DNA of 64,000 nt from Gemmatimonadales bacterium (lineage in GTDB: Bacteria; Gemmatimonadota; Gemmatimonadetes; Gemmatimonadales; GWC2-71-9). This document shows, piece by piece, positions 1-11,196 of the stretch. The position numbers and the translations under genes are program-made. The DNA lies in contig DASXUE010000052.1 in assembly GCA_036505055.1 (NCBI GenBank), positions 1,239-65,238 of the forward strand. The letters run 5' to 3'. Each line of letters opens with the position of its first letter. Positions within the stretch are counted from its first letter, which is position 1. The notes under the pieces were generated by a model that saw nothing but the letters and a program-made list of their open reading frames with translations, searched no databases and was not told where the DNA came from.

Positions 1-91
1 CGCCACGAAGCCGTCCTTCACCTTTTGGGGGATGACATTCATAGCGCGGGGAAGGTAATAGCCCCGGGAAGGGGCGGAAAGGCCAAAACTC

Positions 92-1345
92 CTAGTAGAG
101 CAAGTACTTGGCCCGCACGGCGCGAAACCGCGCGAGCTCTGCCTCCCAAGCGGTCCAAATCTCCCAGGGTTCCCGGCCCGCGATGATCGCCTGCCGGAGC
201 TCCGGCCCGCCCGCGAGGCGATCGAAGGACTCGTTCCTGAATTGAAAATCCTGGGGATACACGTGCCGTACCCATGCGAGCAGCAAAACCGCGAGCCGCG
301 TCGGATTGTAAGCCTGCCGGTCCGTCACCTTCAGCCCCAGCCCGACGATCTGCGTGTGGTCGTACTTGCCGTCCCCGGGATTCTCGGGCACGACGCGCAC
401 CGGCTGGACGTAGACGCCGATCAGCGGGCTGGCGCTGGCGCGTTTCCAGTTGGCCGGCGGCTCGAGCAGATGGCTGATGACGGCCTGCGGGTCGAGCAGC
501 CACGGCGCCGCGATGAGCTGAAACGCCTTGGACGTCCCGCGACCCACCGACAGGTTCGTGCCCTCGAACAGACACAGCCCCGGATAGTGCATCGCGCTCT
601 CGAGGTCCGGCATGTTGGGGGAAGGCTTCACCCAGGGCAGCCCGGTCTTGTCGAAGAACATGCCCCGTTTCCAACCGGCCGCCGGAACCACGACGAGGTC
701 GGCCCCCAACTTCAGGAGGTCGTTCGCCATTCGGGCCATCTCGCCGAGCGTCATGCCGTGCCGCATGGCGACGGGCAGGAACCCGACGAGGGCGGAGTCG
801 GGGTCCTGCAATTGGAGGTGCACGTTCCCCTGCACCTCCCGCCCGCCGAGGGGATTAGGCCGGTCGAGGACGACCACCCGCTTGCCGGCGCGCGCCGCGT
901 CCCGCATGAGGGACGTCGCGGTCGCGATGTAGGTGTAGTACCGGGCCCCGATGTCCTGCAGGTCGATCAAGAGGACGTCGAGGGAATCGAGCGCGGCGCG
1001 CGCGGCGGCCCTCGATCCGCCATAAAGGCTATAGATTGGAAGGCCGGTGGCGGAGTCGACCGCGTCCGGCAAGCCGGGGCGATCTTCAGTGCCGCGGAAG
1101 CCATGCTCCGGCGAGAACAGGGCCGTTGGCCGCTGGCCATTGGCCAAGAGGACGTCGACGTCGCGACGGCCCTGGCGGTCGATGCCGGTATGGTTGGAGA
1201 GGAGACCGAGCCGTTTGCCGGCGACGAGGTGGACCGAGTCGGCAAGCAGGACTTCGATGCCGGGTCGCACCTGGGCCGGGGCCCCCGCCGGCACCGTGCA
1301 ACCGAGGCAGCAAACCACTACCCACGCGAGACGATGCGCGCGCAT
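92..1345 (-). CDS. namZ: DUF1343/YbbC-NamZ family exo-beta-N-acetylmuramidase-like lipoprotein
   Basis: 417-aa ORF with a lipoprotein signal (MRAHRLAWVVVCCLGC). Family-typical blocks: GLLSNHTGIDRQG, ALFSPEHGFRG, TGLPIYSLYG, DRPNPLGG. Adjacent to a GH3 nagZ-like and an AmiE-like gene, as in the B. subtilis amiE-nagZ-ybbC module. Confidence 0.85.
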   Translation of the reverse strand: MRAHRLAWVVVCCLGCTVPAGAPAQVRPGIEVLLADSVHLVAGKRLGLLSNHTGIDRQGRRDVDVLLANGQRPTALFSPEHGFRGTEDRPGLPDAVDSATGLPIYSLYGGSRAAARAALDSLDVLLIDLQDIGARYYTYIATATSLMRDAARAGKRVVVLDRPNPLGGREVQGNVHLQLQDPDSALVGFLPVAMRHGMTLGEMARMANDLLKLGADLVVVPAAGWKRGMFFDKTGLPWVKPSPNMPDLESAMHYPGLCLFEGTNLSVGRGTSKAFQLIAAPWLLDPQAVISHLLEPPANWKRASASPLIGVYVQPVRVVPENPGDGKYDHTQIVGLGLKVTDRQAYNPTRLAVLLLAWVRHVYPQDFQFRNESFDRLAGGPELRQAIIAGREPWEIWTAWEAELARFRAVRAKYLLY

Positions 1346-3106
1346 AAGCTCCTATTAGTCTCTCTCGTAGTCGGATGTGCCACGGGACAAGCCGCGGGAC
1401 CCAGCGCGGCCGGCCCCGCGCCGCAGCCCGCGTCCACGGACGCCCTGCTCGCTGCGCTGTCGACACGCCAAAAGGTCGGCCAGCTCGTCGTCCCCTGGCT
1501 GGCGGGAAGTTACAGCGCCTTCGACGACTCCGCATTCCAGCTCGCCGTGCGCTGGGTGGACACGCTGCAGGTGGGCGGGATCATCATCTCCGTCGGCTCG
1601 CCGTACGACATCGCGACCAAGCTCAACCTGCTGCAGCGCCGCTCGCGGCTGCCGCTCCTCATCTCGGCCGACCTCGAGTGGGGCGCCGGGATGCGCGTCT
1701 CCGGGGCGACCTCGTTCCCGATGATCATGGCGGCGGGCGCCACGGGGAGCGAGCTGGACGCTTACGCGATCGGACGCGCCGCGGCGATCGAGGGCCGCGC
1801 CGTCGGCATCCATGTGAACTTCGCCCCCGACGCGGACGTCAACAACAACCCGCTGAATCCGATCATCAATACGCGCTCGTTCGGCGAGGACCCGCAGGCG
1901 GTGGCGCGCTTGGTGCGCGCGTACGTCCGCGGCCTCCAAGAGAACGGGATGCTCGCCACCCTCAAGCACTTCCCGGGGCACGGCGACACCGAAATCGACA
2001 CGCACATCGGTTTGCCGACGATCCGCGCCGTCTACGCCCGCCTCGACACGCTGGAGCTGATTCCGTTCCGCGCCGGCATCGCGGCCGGGGCCGACGTGGT
2101 GATGAGCGCGCACATCGCCTTCCCCGCCGTCACCGGGAGCGACGACCCCGGGACCCTCTCTCCGGCGGTGCTGACCGGCCTGCTGCGCGACTCGCTCCGC
2201 TTCCACGGGCTCATCGTCACCGACGCGCTCGATATGGGGGCGATCGTCACGAAGTACGGCGCCGGTGAGGCGACGGTGCGGGCCTTCCTGGCGGGCTCGG
2301 ACCTGCTCCTGATGCCGTCGAACCCCGACTCCGCGATCGCCGCGATGGCCGCCGCCGTCGAGGCCGGGCGCATATCGATGGAGCGGTTGGACGCCTCCGT
2401 GCGCCGCGTGCTCGACATCAAACGGCGCCTCGGTCTGTTCGAGCGTCGCACCGTCCCGCTCGACTCGGTCATCCAGACCGTGGGCGCCAAGCGGTTCCAG
2501 GACCAGGCCGACGACCTCGCCCAGCGCGCGGTCACGCTGGTGCGCGACACCGCCGGCGCCCTGGCCCGGCTCCGCGCCACGCGGGGGCGCGTCGCCATGA
2601 TCGCCTACGGCGACGAGCTGAACAGCTTCGTCGGCCAGCGGATCGCCGGGATGCTGCGCTCGGCCGGCGACACCGTCTCCTTCTTCCGGCTCTGGCCGAT
2701 GTCGGGACCGCTGTCTTACGACTCGGCCCGCGCCGCCATCGCCCAGGCGCCTGTGGTCCTGTTCGCCAGCAACGTCCGGCCCATCTCGGGACGCGGGAAC
2801 ATCGCGCTCCCCGACTCGCTCGCCCGGCTGATCATGGCGACGGATTCCGTGAAGCCGACGGTGCTCCTGTCGCTCGGGAGCCCCTACCTGTTGAACCAGG
2901 CGCCGACGGTGAAGTCGTACTTGATCGCCTGGAGCGGTGTGCGCGCCGCCGAACGGGCTGCCGGCCGAGCGCTGCTCGGCTGGTCGCCGATCCGCGGCAA
3001 GCTGCCGATCCGCATTCCGCCCGGGTATCCCATCGGCCACGGTCTGGTGATGCCCGACTCGACGCTGCCGGCGCCCAAGCCCCCGCCGCCGATGGGCGCA
3101 CGGTGA
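1334..3106 (+). CDS. nagZ: Glycoside hydrolase family 3 beta-N-acetylhexosaminidase (NagZ-like) lipoprotein
   Basis: In-frame ATG at 1334 inside track ORF 242..3106. Lipoprotein signal MRAHKLLLVSLVVGC. GH3 blocks SADLEWGAGMR, FAPDADVNNNP, KHFPGHGDTEIDTH. The upstream 364 codons of the ORF are antisense to namZ and were discarded. Confidence 0.9.
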   Translation: MRAHKLLLVSLVVGCATGQAAGPSAAGPAPQPASTDALLAALSTRQKVGQLVVPWLAGSYSAFDDSAFQLAVRWVDTLQVGGIIISVGSPYDIATKLNLLQRRSRLPLLISADLEWGAGMRVSGATSFPMIMAAGATGSELDAYAIGRAAAIEGRAVGIHVNFAPDADVNNNPLNPIINTRSFGEDPQAVARLVRAYVRGLQENGMLATLKHFPGHGDTEIDTHIGLPTIRAVYARLDTLELIPFRAGIAAGADVVMSAHIAFPAVTGSDDPGTLSPAVLTGLLRDSLRFHGLIVTDALDMGAIVTKYGAGEATVRAFLAGSDLLLMPSNPDSAIAAMAAAVEAGRISMERLDASVRRVLDIKRRLGLFERRTVPLDSVIQTVGAKRFQDQADDLAQRAVTLVRDTAGALARLRATRGRVAMIAYGDELNSFVGQRIAGMLRSAGDTVSFFRLWPMSGPLSYDSARAAIAQAPVVLFASNVRPISGRGNIALPDSLARLIMATDSVKPTVLLSLGSPYLLNQAPTVKSYLIAWSGVRAAERAAGRALLGWSPIRGKLPIRIPPGYPIGHGLVMPDSTLPAPKPPPPMGAR

Positions 3107-4241
3107 GGCTCCGCTACCTTGCCGTCGCGGCGCTGGCGGCGTGCGGCCCCGCCCGCCGGGCCGCCATCACCACCGCCACCGCCCCACCTCCCTCCGCCAC
3201 CGAACCACGCTTTGATTCCGTCGTCGCGTATCTCCGCTCCCAGGTGGACAGCGCGTTTCCGAGCGCCGTCGTCGCCGTCGGCTCGGGCGGGCGGATCGTG
3301 CTGCTCGAGGCGGTGGGCCACTACGGCATCGACGACCCACGCCGGGTCACGCCCGAAACGGTCTACGACCTGGCGTCGCTCACCAAGGTCATCGGGCTCA
3401 CGACGGCGTGCATGATGCTCGTGACCGAAGGGAAGCTCGATCTCGACGCGCCGGTGCAGCGCTACGTGCCGGCGTTCCAGGGCGCCGCCAAGGAGCGCGT
3501 CACGATTCGCCACCTGCTGACGCACTCGTCGGGCCTTCCCGCCTGGCGGCCGCTCTATACCGAAACGACGACACGCGCGACCGCTATGGCGCTGGCCGAC
3601 ACCACGCCGCTCGCCGCTGAACCCGGCCGAACCATGGTGTATTCGGACCTCGGCGCGATCGTGCTGACACAAGTCGTCGAGGCGATCACGGGCGAGCGTC
3701 TCGATCGTTTTCTCGACCGGCGCTTGTTTCAACCGCTCGGGATGACCTCGACGCGCTACCTGCCGCCGCCCGAGTGGCGGGACCGGATCGCCCCCACTGA
3801 GCGGAGCCAGGACGGCACGATCATCCGCGGCACCGTTCATGACGAAAACGCCTGGAAGCTCGGTGGCGTATCGGGGCACGCGGGTCTGTTCAGCACGGCG
3901 CCCGACCTCGCGCGGTTTGCCACCTGGCTCCTCAGGGCCTGGCACACGGACTCGTTGCGCGCGCGGGAGTTCACCCGGCGCCAGGGGCTGCCATCGGGCT
4001 CGTCGCGCGCGCTCGGGTGGGACACGCCGTCCGAGAACTCGAGCGCCGGCACGAAGCTCGGGCCCAACGCCTTCGGCCACACCGGGTTCACGGGGACGTC
4101 GATCTGGATCGATCCCGATCGCGACCTCTTCATCATCCTGCTCACGAACCGCGTGCACCCGACGCGCGAAAACGCGCGCATCGCCCGCGTCCGGCCGCGC
4201 GTGGCGAATCTCGTGGTGGACGCCATCACTCGCGGGGCGCC

Positions 4242-4245
<4 letters not shown>
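3103..4245 (+). CDS. Beta-lactamase-fold serine hydrolase lipoprotein (AmiE/YbbE-like MurNAc-L-Ala amidase candidate)
   Basis: GTG start forms a GTGA overlap with the nagZ stop. Lipobox LAAC. SxxK motif ASLTK, YSD, HTGFTG. The amidase role is inferred only from the neighbourhood. Confidence 0.8.
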
Positions 4246-6020
<1,775 letters not shown>

Positions 6021-6045
6021 GTTGCGGCCAGACCGGAGGATAGTG

Positions 6046-6402
6046 ATGACCACCACGCAGAAGCCGACAGTCACCCTGACGCTCACCGAGCGTGCCGCCG
6101 AGGAGATCCGGAAGTTCATGGCGGCCGAGAATGTGACGCCCGAGGCCGCAGGCCTCCGCGTCGCGGTATTGCCGGGCGGGTGCTCGGGGTTCAAGTACAG
6201 CCTCAACATCGAAGACCAGCCCGCGGGCGACGACGTCGTGATCGCGAGCGCGGGAGTGCGCCTGTTCGTGGACGAGTTCAGCGCCCCGTACTTGAACGGC
6301 GTCGTGATCGACTACAAGAGCAACTTCCAGGAATCCGGCTTCGCGTTCGAGAACCCGAACGCGTCCGGCGGCTGCGGCTGCGGGTCGTCCTTCACCGTCT
6401 GA
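6046..6402 (+). CDS. erpA: Iron-sulfur cluster insertion protein, HesB/IscA/ErpA family
   Basis: 118 aa. Motifs LRVAVLPGGCSGFKY and C-terminal GCGCGSSF, the hallmark three Cys of A-type carriers. Confidence 0.9.
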   Translation: MTTTQKPTVTLTLTERAAEEIRKFMAAENVTPEAAGLRVAVLPGGCSGFKYSLNIEDQPAGDDVVIASAGVRLFVDEFSAPYLNGVVIDYKSNFQESGFAFENPNASGGCGCGSSFTV

Positions 6403-6526
6403 CCGCAGTGCTCCACCCTGGTTCGGCAGGCTCGGCCCGCGCACCTCGCGGGCCGTTCCTTTTCCCGGGGACCTGACGCTGCGCCCACTCGACATCGCCG
6501 TCATCGTCATCTACTTCGCCGCCGTC

Positions 6527-7924
6527 ATGGCGGCGGGGTTGCTCTTGGCGGGCCGTCAGCGCGACGCGGCCGACTATTTCCTGGGCCGGCGCGGCCTCCC
6601 CTGGTGGGCGATCATGCTCTCGATCGTCGCGACCGAGACCTCGGCCCTCACCGTGATCAGCGTCCCAGGGCTCGCCGCGCGCGGCGACCTCACCTTCCTG
6701 CAGCTGTCGTTCGGCTATTTGGTGGGCCGCCTCGGCGTGGCCGCCGTGCTCCTCCCCGGATACTTCGACGGCACGCAGGATACCGCGTACCAACGGCTCG
6801 AGCGCCGCTTCGGCACCACGACCCGCCGCATTGCGTCGGCGGCGTTCCTCGTCACGCGGGCGCTGGGCGACGGCGTCCGCGTCTTCGCCACCGCGATCCC
6901 GCTCGCGATCATCACCCAGTGGAGCATCCCCGCGGGGATTCTCGCCGTCGGGATCGTGACGATCTTCTACACGTGGGTGGGCGGCCTCCGCGCGGTGGTG
7001 TGGGTGGACGTCGTCCAGCTCGTCTTCTACCTGGTGGGCGGTATCGCGACGATCGTCGTCGCGCTCCACCTCGGCGATGGAGGGTTCGCCCAGGCGTGGG
7101 CCGCCGGTAAGCTGCGGACCATCGACCTGAGTTTCTCGTTCCGGAATCCGTACACGTTGTGGGGCGGTCTGGTCGGGGGCGCCTTGCTCTCCGCAGCCTC
7201 TCACGGGACGGACCACCTCATCGTGCAACGGTTGCTCGCCGCGCGCGACCTGCCCGACGCGAAGAAGGCGCTCATCGGCTCCGGCGTGTTCATCATCGCG
7301 CAATTCACGCTCTTCCTGCTCGTCGGGACGAGCCTCTGGCTGGCCGGGGCCGACCGAGCGGGGGTGAGCGCAGACGCGATCTATCCCACATTCGTGATCG
7401 AGCGCCTGCCCGCGGGCCTGGCCGGCCTCGTGGTGGCGGCGATCCTCGCCGCGGCCATGAGCACCGTGTCCTCGTCCCTCAACTCGCTCGCCTCCGCGAG
7501 CACACACGACTTCTACGCGCCGCTCACCGGGCGTACCGACTCTGCCCATCTGCTCAAAGTGGGGCGTGGAATGACGCTGCTGTGGGCGGCGATCCTCGTG
7601 GGCGGCGCGATGCTGTTCAAGGACCGCAACACCCCCGTCGTCGTGCTCGCCCTGTCGATCGCGTCGATCACCTACGGCGGGCTGCTCGGCAGCTATCTGC
7701 TCGGCGGTCTCTGGCCCCGGACGCGACAGGTGGACGTGATCCTCGCGATCCTGGTCGGTGTGGCGGTGATGATTCCGGTCGTGCTCGGCTTCCCGAAACG
7801 CATGCTCGCGGCCCTCGCCTGGCCCTGGTACGTGCCGCTGGGCACCGCGGTGACGGTGGCGGTGGGGATGCTGTCGTCGGCGGTCGGGCGGACGGGCGGA
7901 AGGGTGGTCAACCCCTCACCATGA
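6527..7924 (+). CDS. Sodium:solute symporter (SSF) family transporter, paralog of 4242..6020
   Basis: Multi-TM SSF-like ORF. 6527 is the first canonical start, but the open frame continues upstream and aligns to the paralog's N-terminus from a CTG at 6473 (see findings). Confidence 0.8.
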   Translation: MAAGLLLAGRQRDAADYFLGRRGLPWWAIMLSIVATETSALTVISVPGLAARGDLTFLQLSFGYLVGRLGVAAVLLPGYFDGTQDTAYQRLERRFGTTTRRIASAAFLVTRALGDGVRVFATAIPLAIITQWSIPAGILAVGIVTIFYTWVGGLRAVVWVDVVQLVFYLVGGIATIVVALHLGDGGFAQAWAAGKLRTIDLSFSFRNPYTLWGGLVGGALLSAASHGTDHLIVQRLLAARDLPDAKKALIGSGVFIIAQFTLFLLVGTSLWLAGADRAGVSADAIYPTFVIERLPAGLAGLVVAAILAAAMSTVSSSLNSLASASTHDFYAPLTGRTDSAHLLKVGRGMTLLWAAILVGGAMLFKDRNTPVVVLALSIASITYGGLLGSYLLGGLWPRTRQVDVILAILVGVAVMIPVVLGFPKRMLAALAWPWYVPLGTAVTVAVGMLSSAVGRTGGRVVNPSP

Positions 7925-8841
7925 CGACCGCCGCTCTACTCGGCATTGACGCGGGCGGCTCGCACACCACGGTCGTCGTGGCGGACGCCCATGCGCGCGT
8001 CCTCGGCCGTGTCGATGGCCCAGCCTCGGCGGTGCGGCCGGGTGGCATCGCGGCGTCCGCCGCCGTGATCCTCGATACGGCGCGCCGCGCGGTCGCGCAG
8101 GCAGAGGCGTCGCTCCCCGCGACGGCCGCCGTGGTCGGCGCGGCGGGCGCCGGGCGCGACCCCGAGCAAAGCGCGCTCGGCGCGGCGCTGGCGGCCGGCG
8201 GCCTGGCGCATGCCGTGCGCGTCGTCGGCGACGGGGAAATCGCCCTCGTGGCGGCGTTCGGCGAGGAGCCCGGGATCCTCGTGAGCGCCGGCACCGGCTC
8301 GATCGCGTTCGCGCGCCCTCCGGGCCCTCAGAACGGGCGGCTGCACCGCGCCGGCGGTTACGGGTGGCAGTTGGGCGACGAGGGGGGCGGCTACTGGCTG
8401 GGCCGGCGCGCGCTCACCGCCGCGGCCCGCGCTTACGATGGCGTGGACGAGTCGTCCACGCTCTCCGAGCGGCTGCTCGTCGCGCTTGGCCTGCCGGGAT
8501 TCGACGAGCTGGTACGCTGGGCCGCCACGGCGACACCCGCCCAGGTCGCCGCGCTCGCGCCGCACGTCCTCAATGCCGCGCAGGAAGGTGAAGTGATCGC
8601 CCAGCGCGCTGTCTTCGACGCGGCGAACGAGCTGGCGCAGCTCGTTCGCGTGCTGGCGCAGCACTTCCCGGGCGCCGAGCCGATTCCCGTCGCGCCCGCG
8701 GGCGGTCTGCTGCGCCGGGGCTCGCCCCTCCTCGCGGGGCTCCGTGTAGCCCTTGGGGCTGCTGTGCCGCGGGCCCGCCTGGTGGACGGGCCCGTGGACG
8801 CGGCGCTCGGGGCGCTGCGGCTGGCGGCACAGCTCGTCTAG
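7921..8841 (+). CDS. BadF/BadG/BcrA/BcrD-type ATPase, N-acetylglucosamine (or MurNAc) kinase-like
   Basis: ATGA overlap with the upstream stop. LGIDAGGSHT phosphate-1 motif, SAGTGSIAF, GWQLGDEGGGYWLG. Confidence 0.8.
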   Translation: MTTAALLGIDAGGSHTTVVVADAHARVLGRVDGPASAVRPGGIAASAAVILDTARRAVAQAEASLPATAAVVGAAGAGRDPEQSALGAALAAGGLAHAVRVVGDGEIALVAAFGEEPGILVSAGTGSIAFARPPGPQNGRLHRAGGYGWQLGDEGGGYWLGRRALTAAARAYDGVDESSTLSERLLVALGLPGFDELVRWAATATPAQVAALAPHVLNAAQEGEVIAQRAVFDAANELAQLVRVLAQHFPGAEPIPVAPAGGLLRRGSPLLAGLRVALGAAVPRARLVDGPVDAALGALRLAAQLV

Positions 8842-10364
8842 GCTGCCGGAGGACTCGGCCGGCGCAGCCGGCTGTGGCGGTAGCCGTACGAGTAGTACAG
8901 GATGAGGCCGATCACGAGCCAGACGCCGAATCGCACCCACGTCTCGCCGGGCAAGCCATACATGACGAGGCCGCAGAGGACGGCGCCCGACACGGCGACG
9001 GGCCAGACCCACGGCACGCGGAACGGCCGCGGGCGATCGCGATCGGTGTAGCGCAGCACCAGGACACCGACGCAGACGAGCGCGAAGGCGAACAAGGTGC
9101 CGATATTCGTCAGGTTATACGTCTCGCCGGCGTCGCCCACCAAGGCCCACACGGCGACGAAGATCCCCGTGATCAGCGTCGTGATGTGGGGAACGCGGTA
9201 CTTGGGATGCAGCTTGGCCGCCCACGGCGGAAGCAGGCCGTCGCGCGCCATAGCGAAGAAGATTCGTGGCTGCCCGTACTGAAACACGAGCAGCACTGCG
9301 GACATCGAGATGATCGCGCCCAGGGCCACGATCCATCCCACCGTCGTGAACCCCGCGCTGTTCAGCGCCTTGGCGAGCGGGTCGGCGACGCCCAGCTCCG
9401 TGTACGGCACCATCCCCGTGAGGACGGCGCCCACGATGACGTAGATCACCGTACAAATCGCCAGGCCGCCGAGGATGCCCAGGGGCAGGTTGCGCTGCGG
9501 GTTCTTCGTCTCTTCGGCCGCCGTGGAGATGGCGTCGAACCCGATGTAGGCAAAGAACACGATCGCGGCGCCCTGATGAATGCCCCGGAATCCGTTGGGC
9601 GCGAACGGGTGGTAGTTGGCGGGGTTGATGTGCGTCAGCCCCGCGACGATGAACAGGCCCAGGACGAGCAGCTTGATCGTGACCATGATGTTGTTCGCCG
9701 TGGCGCTCTCGCGCACGCCGAGCAGCAGGAGCCAGGTGATCAACATCACGATGGCGAACGCCGGGAGATTGACGAGCACCGGGATGCCGAGCAGATGTGG
9801 GCCCGTCTGCAGCAGCCCATGCACGGCAGGATCCGGACTGAGCAGCGCCGTGCGGTACCCCGTGGTCAGCCAGACGGGGAGCTCGATTCCGAAGCTGCCC
9901 AGCAGCGAGCGGAAGTAATCGCCCCAGGAGATCGCGACGGCGACGTTGCCGACGGCGTACTCGAGGATCAGATCCCAGCCGATGATCCACGCGACGAACT
10001 CACCGAGGGTCGCATAGGTGTAGGCGTAGGCGCTCCCCGCCTGCGGAATCATCGACGCCAGCTCGGCGTAGCACAGGCCGGCGAGCGCGCAGCACACGCC
10101 CAGCAACAGGAACGAGAGCACGAGCGCGGGACCCGCGCCGCTGCGGACGAGGTTGCCCGCGGCGTCGTACTGCCCCGCCGCCGCGGTGCCGATGGCGCCG
10201 AAGATGCCGGCACCGATCACGGCGCCGATCCCCAGCATGATGAGGTCGCCCGCGCCGAGGGCGCGCTTCAGGCCTCCGGCGTGCTCGCTGTCCGCGAGGA
10301 GCTGCGCGATGGGCTTGCGCTGGAACAGCTGTCGGTTAAGCACGCGGCGCCGCCGCGAACACAC
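8838..10364 (-). CDS. APC-superfamily amino acid permease (cationic amino acid transporter-like)
   Basis: 508 aa. GAGDLIMLGIGAVIGAGIF signature region and 12-14 hydrophobic segments. Alternative GTG start at 10343. Confidence 0.85.
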   Translation of the reverse strand: MCSRRRRVLNRQLFQRKPIAQLLADSEHAGGLKRALGAGDLIMLGIGAVIGAGIFGAIGTAAAGQYDAAGNLVRSGAGPALVLSFLLLGVCCALAGLCYAELASMIPQAGSAYAYTYATLGEFVAWIIGWDLILEYAVGNVAVAISWGDYFRSLLGSFGIELPVWLTTGYRTALLSPDPAVHGLLQTGPHLLGIPVLVNLPAFAIVMLITWLLLLGVRESATANNIMVTIKLLVLGLFIVAGLTHINPANYHPFAPNGFRGIHQGAAIVFFAYIGFDAISTAAEETKNPQRNLPLGILGGLAICTVIYVIVGAVLTGMVPYTELGVADPLAKALNSAGFTTVGWIVALGAIISMSAVLLVFQYGQPRIFFAMARDGLLPPWAAKLHPKYRVPHITTLITGIFVAVWALVGDAGETYNLTNIGTLFAFALVCVGVLVLRYTDRDRPRPFRVPWVWPVAVSGAVLCGLVMYGLPGETWVRFGVWLVIGLILYYSYGYRHSRLRRPSPPAA

Positions 10365-10424
10365 TCGGTCCCGGAACCAGGCCCATCAGCATGGTCGATG
10401 CCTTCCGCGTCAGAGCTGGGTGAC

Positions 10425-11150
10425 TCAGTGAGTGTACGTGATCTGAAACACGCTGGCCACGGGCCGGCCGTCCCGCGTCGCCGGTTTGAACTGGTACGCG
10501 CGCAGCTGCTCGAACGTCTCGCGCCGGCACCGCGCATCCTTGAGCACGGGAGTCACCTCGACGCGCGACACGTGTCCGTCGACCTCGACCCAAAACCGCA
10601 GCTGCACCGCCCCGCGGACACAGTCGGGCGGGAGGATCACGCCCCGCGGATAGGCGGGAAAAATGTAACCGCCGTCGCCGCCCGAGTCAGGACCCGCGGC
10701 CGACCCGACGCCCCCGCCGGTCCCCGTGCCCCGCCCTCCATCCGTGCCGCTTCCCTGTCCGGCGGCGCCGGTCGTCCCCGCGCCCGTCCCGGTGGGCGCG
10801 GGCTCGGGCGGCTGAGGCTCGGGTACTGGGGGAGGCACATCGACCTTGACGGGGTCCGCCGCCACGATGGTGGGGACGGTGACGGGAGCCGCGGGCACGT
10901 CATGCGCCTGCGGCGCCGAGGGCGGCGCCAACGCAAACCAGACGAGCGCCGGGCGCCCGCCACCGCCGCCGCCGCCTGGTGGACCGGAGGCCCCGGCGCC
11001 CGGCTGGAACAACACCGCACCCCGCCACAACACGGCGAACGCGATCGCGAGGTGCATCACCAGGGCCAAGAGAGCCGCGGGGCCCTGCGGCCGCCGGTCC
11101 CGCGGTAGGCCGTAGGCCGTGAATACGGAGGGGGAGCGAGGCTGCGCCAC
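10425..11150 (-). CDS. TonB-family energy transducer
   Basis: GTG start. N-terminal TM, Pro/Gly-rich linker, C-terminal TonB_C-like block (PAYPRGV..VQLRFWVEVDGHVSRVEV..ATRDGRPV). Confidence 0.75.
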   Translation of the reverse strand: MAQPRSPSVFTAYGLPRDRRPQGPAALLALVMHLAIAFAVLWRGAVLFQPGAGASGPPGGGGGGGRPALVWFALAPPSAPQAHDVPAAPVTVPTIVAADPVKVDVPPPVPEPQPPEPAPTGTGAGTTGAAGQGSGTDGGRGTGTGGGVGSAAGPDSGGDGGYIFPAYPRGVILPPDCVRGAVQLRFWVEVDGHVSRVEVTPVLKDARCRRETFEQLRAYQFKPATRDGRPVASVFQITYTH

Positions 11151-11196
11151 GGTCTATAGATACACCGGGGCGCGCGGGCCGGTTGAAGCGAGAGGG

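Noticed and set aside
1-42. Possible minus-strand gene start (ATG at 42, MNVIPQKVKDGFVA..) running off the left edge
   Set aside because: Only 14 codons are visible. There is no motif and no clear ribosome-binding site, so it cannot be supported as a feature.
242-1333. First 364 codons of the 954-aa track ORF 242..3106
   Set aside because: This part is antisense to the well-supported DUF1343 gene and has an Arg/Pro/Gly-rich nonsense-like composition. The recognisable GH3 protein begins with its own lipoprotein signal at the ATG at 1334.
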